The notes under the pieces: model-generated
Database searches by the model: none
Seen by the model: the letters and a program-made list of their open reading frames with translations, nothing else
Told to the model about the DNA's origin: nothing
Translations under genes and position numbers: made by a program
DNA from: Eledone cirrhosa
Taxonomy: Eukaryota
Assembly: GCA_964016885.1 (NCBI GenBank)
Contig: OZ024755.1
Span: forward strand, 7,192,001-7,256,000
Reading direction: 5' to 3'
Length of the DNA stretch: 64,000 nucleotides
Shown: piece after piece, positions 61,570 through 64,000 of the stretch
Position numbering within the stretch: the stretch's first letter is position 1
Layout of the letters: every line of letters begins with the position of its first letter

Positions 61570-62130
61570 CAAGTAGTAATAATTGTAGTTAGTAGTAAAA
61601 ATCGTAGTAGTAATTGTAGTTAGTAGTAAAAATCGTAGTAGTAATTGTAGTTGGTAGTAAAAATCGTAGTAGTAATTGTAGTTGGTAGTAATTGTAGTTG
61701 GTAGTAAAAATAGTAGTAGTAGTAATTGTAGTTGGTAGTAAAAATAGTAGTAGTAGTAATTGTAGTTGGTAGTAAAAATAGTAGTAGTAGTAATTGTAGT
61801 TGGTAGTAATTGTAGTTGGTAGTAAAAATAGTAGTAGTAGTAATTGTAGTTGGTAGTAAAAATAGTAGTAGTAGTAATTGTAGTTGGTAGTAAATATAGT
61901 AGTAGTAGTAATTGTAGTTGGTAGTAAAAATAGTAGTAGTAATAATTGTAGTTGGTAGTAAATATAGTAGTAGTAGTAATTGTAGTTGGTAGTAAAAATC
62001 GTAGTAGTAGTAATCGTAGTTGGTAGTAAAAATCGTAGTAGTAGTAGTACTAGTAGTAATTGTAGTTGGTAGTAAAATTGTAGTAGTATTAGTAGTAATT
62101 GTAGTTGGTAGTAAAATAGTAGTAGTAGTA
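61570..62130. repeat. (AGT)-based ~30-36-bp minisatellite (gtagttggtagtaaaaatagtagtagtagtaatt)
   Basis: Direct reading. Confidence 0.9.
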
Positions 62131-62269
62131 TGATGTCTCAGAAGTATGAGAAATAGCGATAGTGGTGTTTGCACATAATACACGCAAGTATGATTATAAA
62201 GTGTTTATATATATGTGTAAGTGTGCATACATGTGTGTAAGTGTATAATTATGTGTATTTGTCTCTCTT

Positions 62270-62383
62270 TCATATAAACATTCGTGTGTGTATATATATA
62301 TATATATATATTTATATATGTGTATATAAACATTCGTGTATATATATATATATATATATTTATATATGTGTATATAAACATGC

Positions 62384-62423
<40 letters not shown>

Positions 62424-62432
62424 ATGCGTGTG

Positions 62433-62469
<37 letters not shown>

Positions 62470-62486
62470 ATATATAAACATGCGTG

Positions 62487-62559
<73 letters not shown>

Positions 62560-63278
62560 GTATATATACACGCATGTTTATATATATATTTATATATGTA
62601 TATATAAACATGCGTGTGTATATATATATTTATATATGTATATATAAACATGCGTGTATATATATATATATATATATTTATATATGTATATATAAACATA
62701 CGTGTATATATATATATATATTTATATATGTATATATAAACATGCGTGTGTATATATATATATATTTATATATGTATATATAAACATACGTGTATATATA
62801 TATATATATTTATATATGTATATATAAACATGCGTGTGTATATATATATATATTTATATATGTATATATAAACATGCGTGTGTATATATATATATATTTA
62901 TATATGTATATATAAACATGCGTGTATATATATATATATTTGTATATGTATATATAAACATGCGTATATATATATTTATATATGTATATATAAATATGCG
63001 TGTATATATATATATTTATATATGTATATATAAATATGCGTGTATATATATTTATGTATGTATATATAAACATGCGTGTATATATATATATATATTTATA
63101 TATGTATATATAAACCAGCGTGTATATAAATATATATTTATATATGTATATATAAACATGCGTGTATATATATATATTTATATATGTATATATAAACATG
63201 CGTGTGTGTATATATATATTTATATATGTATATATAAACATGCGTGTATATTTATATATGTATATATAAACATGCGTG

Positions 63279-63313
<35 letters not shown>

Positions 63314-63482
63314 GTATATATAAACATGCGTGTATATAGATATTTATATATGTATATATATAAACATGCGTGTGTATATATATTTATATATGTATATATA
63401 AACATGCGTGTGTATATATATATGTATATATAAACATGCGTGTATATATATATATTTATATATGTATATATAAACATGCGTG

Positions 63483-63513
<31 letters not shown>

Positions 63514-63646
63514 GTATATATAAACATGCGTGTATATAGATATTTATATATGTATATATAAACATGCGTGTATATATATATATTTATATACGTATATATA
63601 AACATGCGTGTATATATTTATATTTATATATGTATATATAAACATG

Positions 63647-63660
<14 letters not shown>
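62270..63660. repeat. ~40-bp TA-rich minisatellite (tataaacatgcgtgtatata…tttatatatg)
   Basis: More than 30 recurrences of aaacatgcgtg. Confidence 0.9.
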
Positions 63661-63693
<33 letters not shown>

Positions 63694-64000
63694 GCATGTT
63701 TATATATTAATCATGTTTTTCTCATAAGTTCATTCACTTCGATTCAATAACGATTTCCCCTATCCATCTCTTCCTCTCTCTCTAACTCCCCCTTCTCCTC
63801 CCTCAATCGATCAATTCATCTCTCTATCCCCTCTATCCCTCCTCTCTCTCACTCGATCGATTAATCCCCCATCTTTCCCTTCTTTCTCCCTCTCGTCTCT
63901 CTCTCTCTCCCAATCGATCAATCAATCTCGGTCATACACTCTTTTTAATTCTATTTTTTTATCTCGATCTCTTTTACACTCTCTCTTATTATTTTTTACA

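Overview
AT-rich, microsatellite-saturated eukaryotic non-coding DNA. The dominant tRNA-derived SINE (…GAGTTCAAATCCCGCCGAGGTTAACTTTGCCTTTCATCC…GGGGTCGATAAA…GTACCAG) and the repeat texture suggest an octopod cephalopod (inference). No intact protein-coding gene is supported: almost all listed ORFs are (TA)n/(CA)n/(CAC)n read-throughs, and the only protein-like sequences are two decayed LINE fragments. The main signal is a multi-family collection of hammerhead-ribozyme (HHR) retroelements that sit in (TA)n tracts as head-to-head inverted pairs. (A) A 312-bp tandem unit with a minimal type-I HHR occurs as two arrays (9.36-10.99 kb, 15.43-17.06 kb; 10 HHR copies), and its empty target site is preserved at ~5.7 kb. 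(B) An unrelated ~431-bp unit carries another minimal HHR. There is also a palindromic HHR pair with a long stem II at 1.8-2.5 kb and several relic or variant HHRs, including U3-A8 core variants. The 4-25.7 kb region is a ~5.3-6.1-kb tandem segmental duplication with an inverted copy. MITEs (Tc1/mariner, hAT, piggyBac-like) and minisatellites make up the rest. All structures were folded and aligned by eye; no searches were run.
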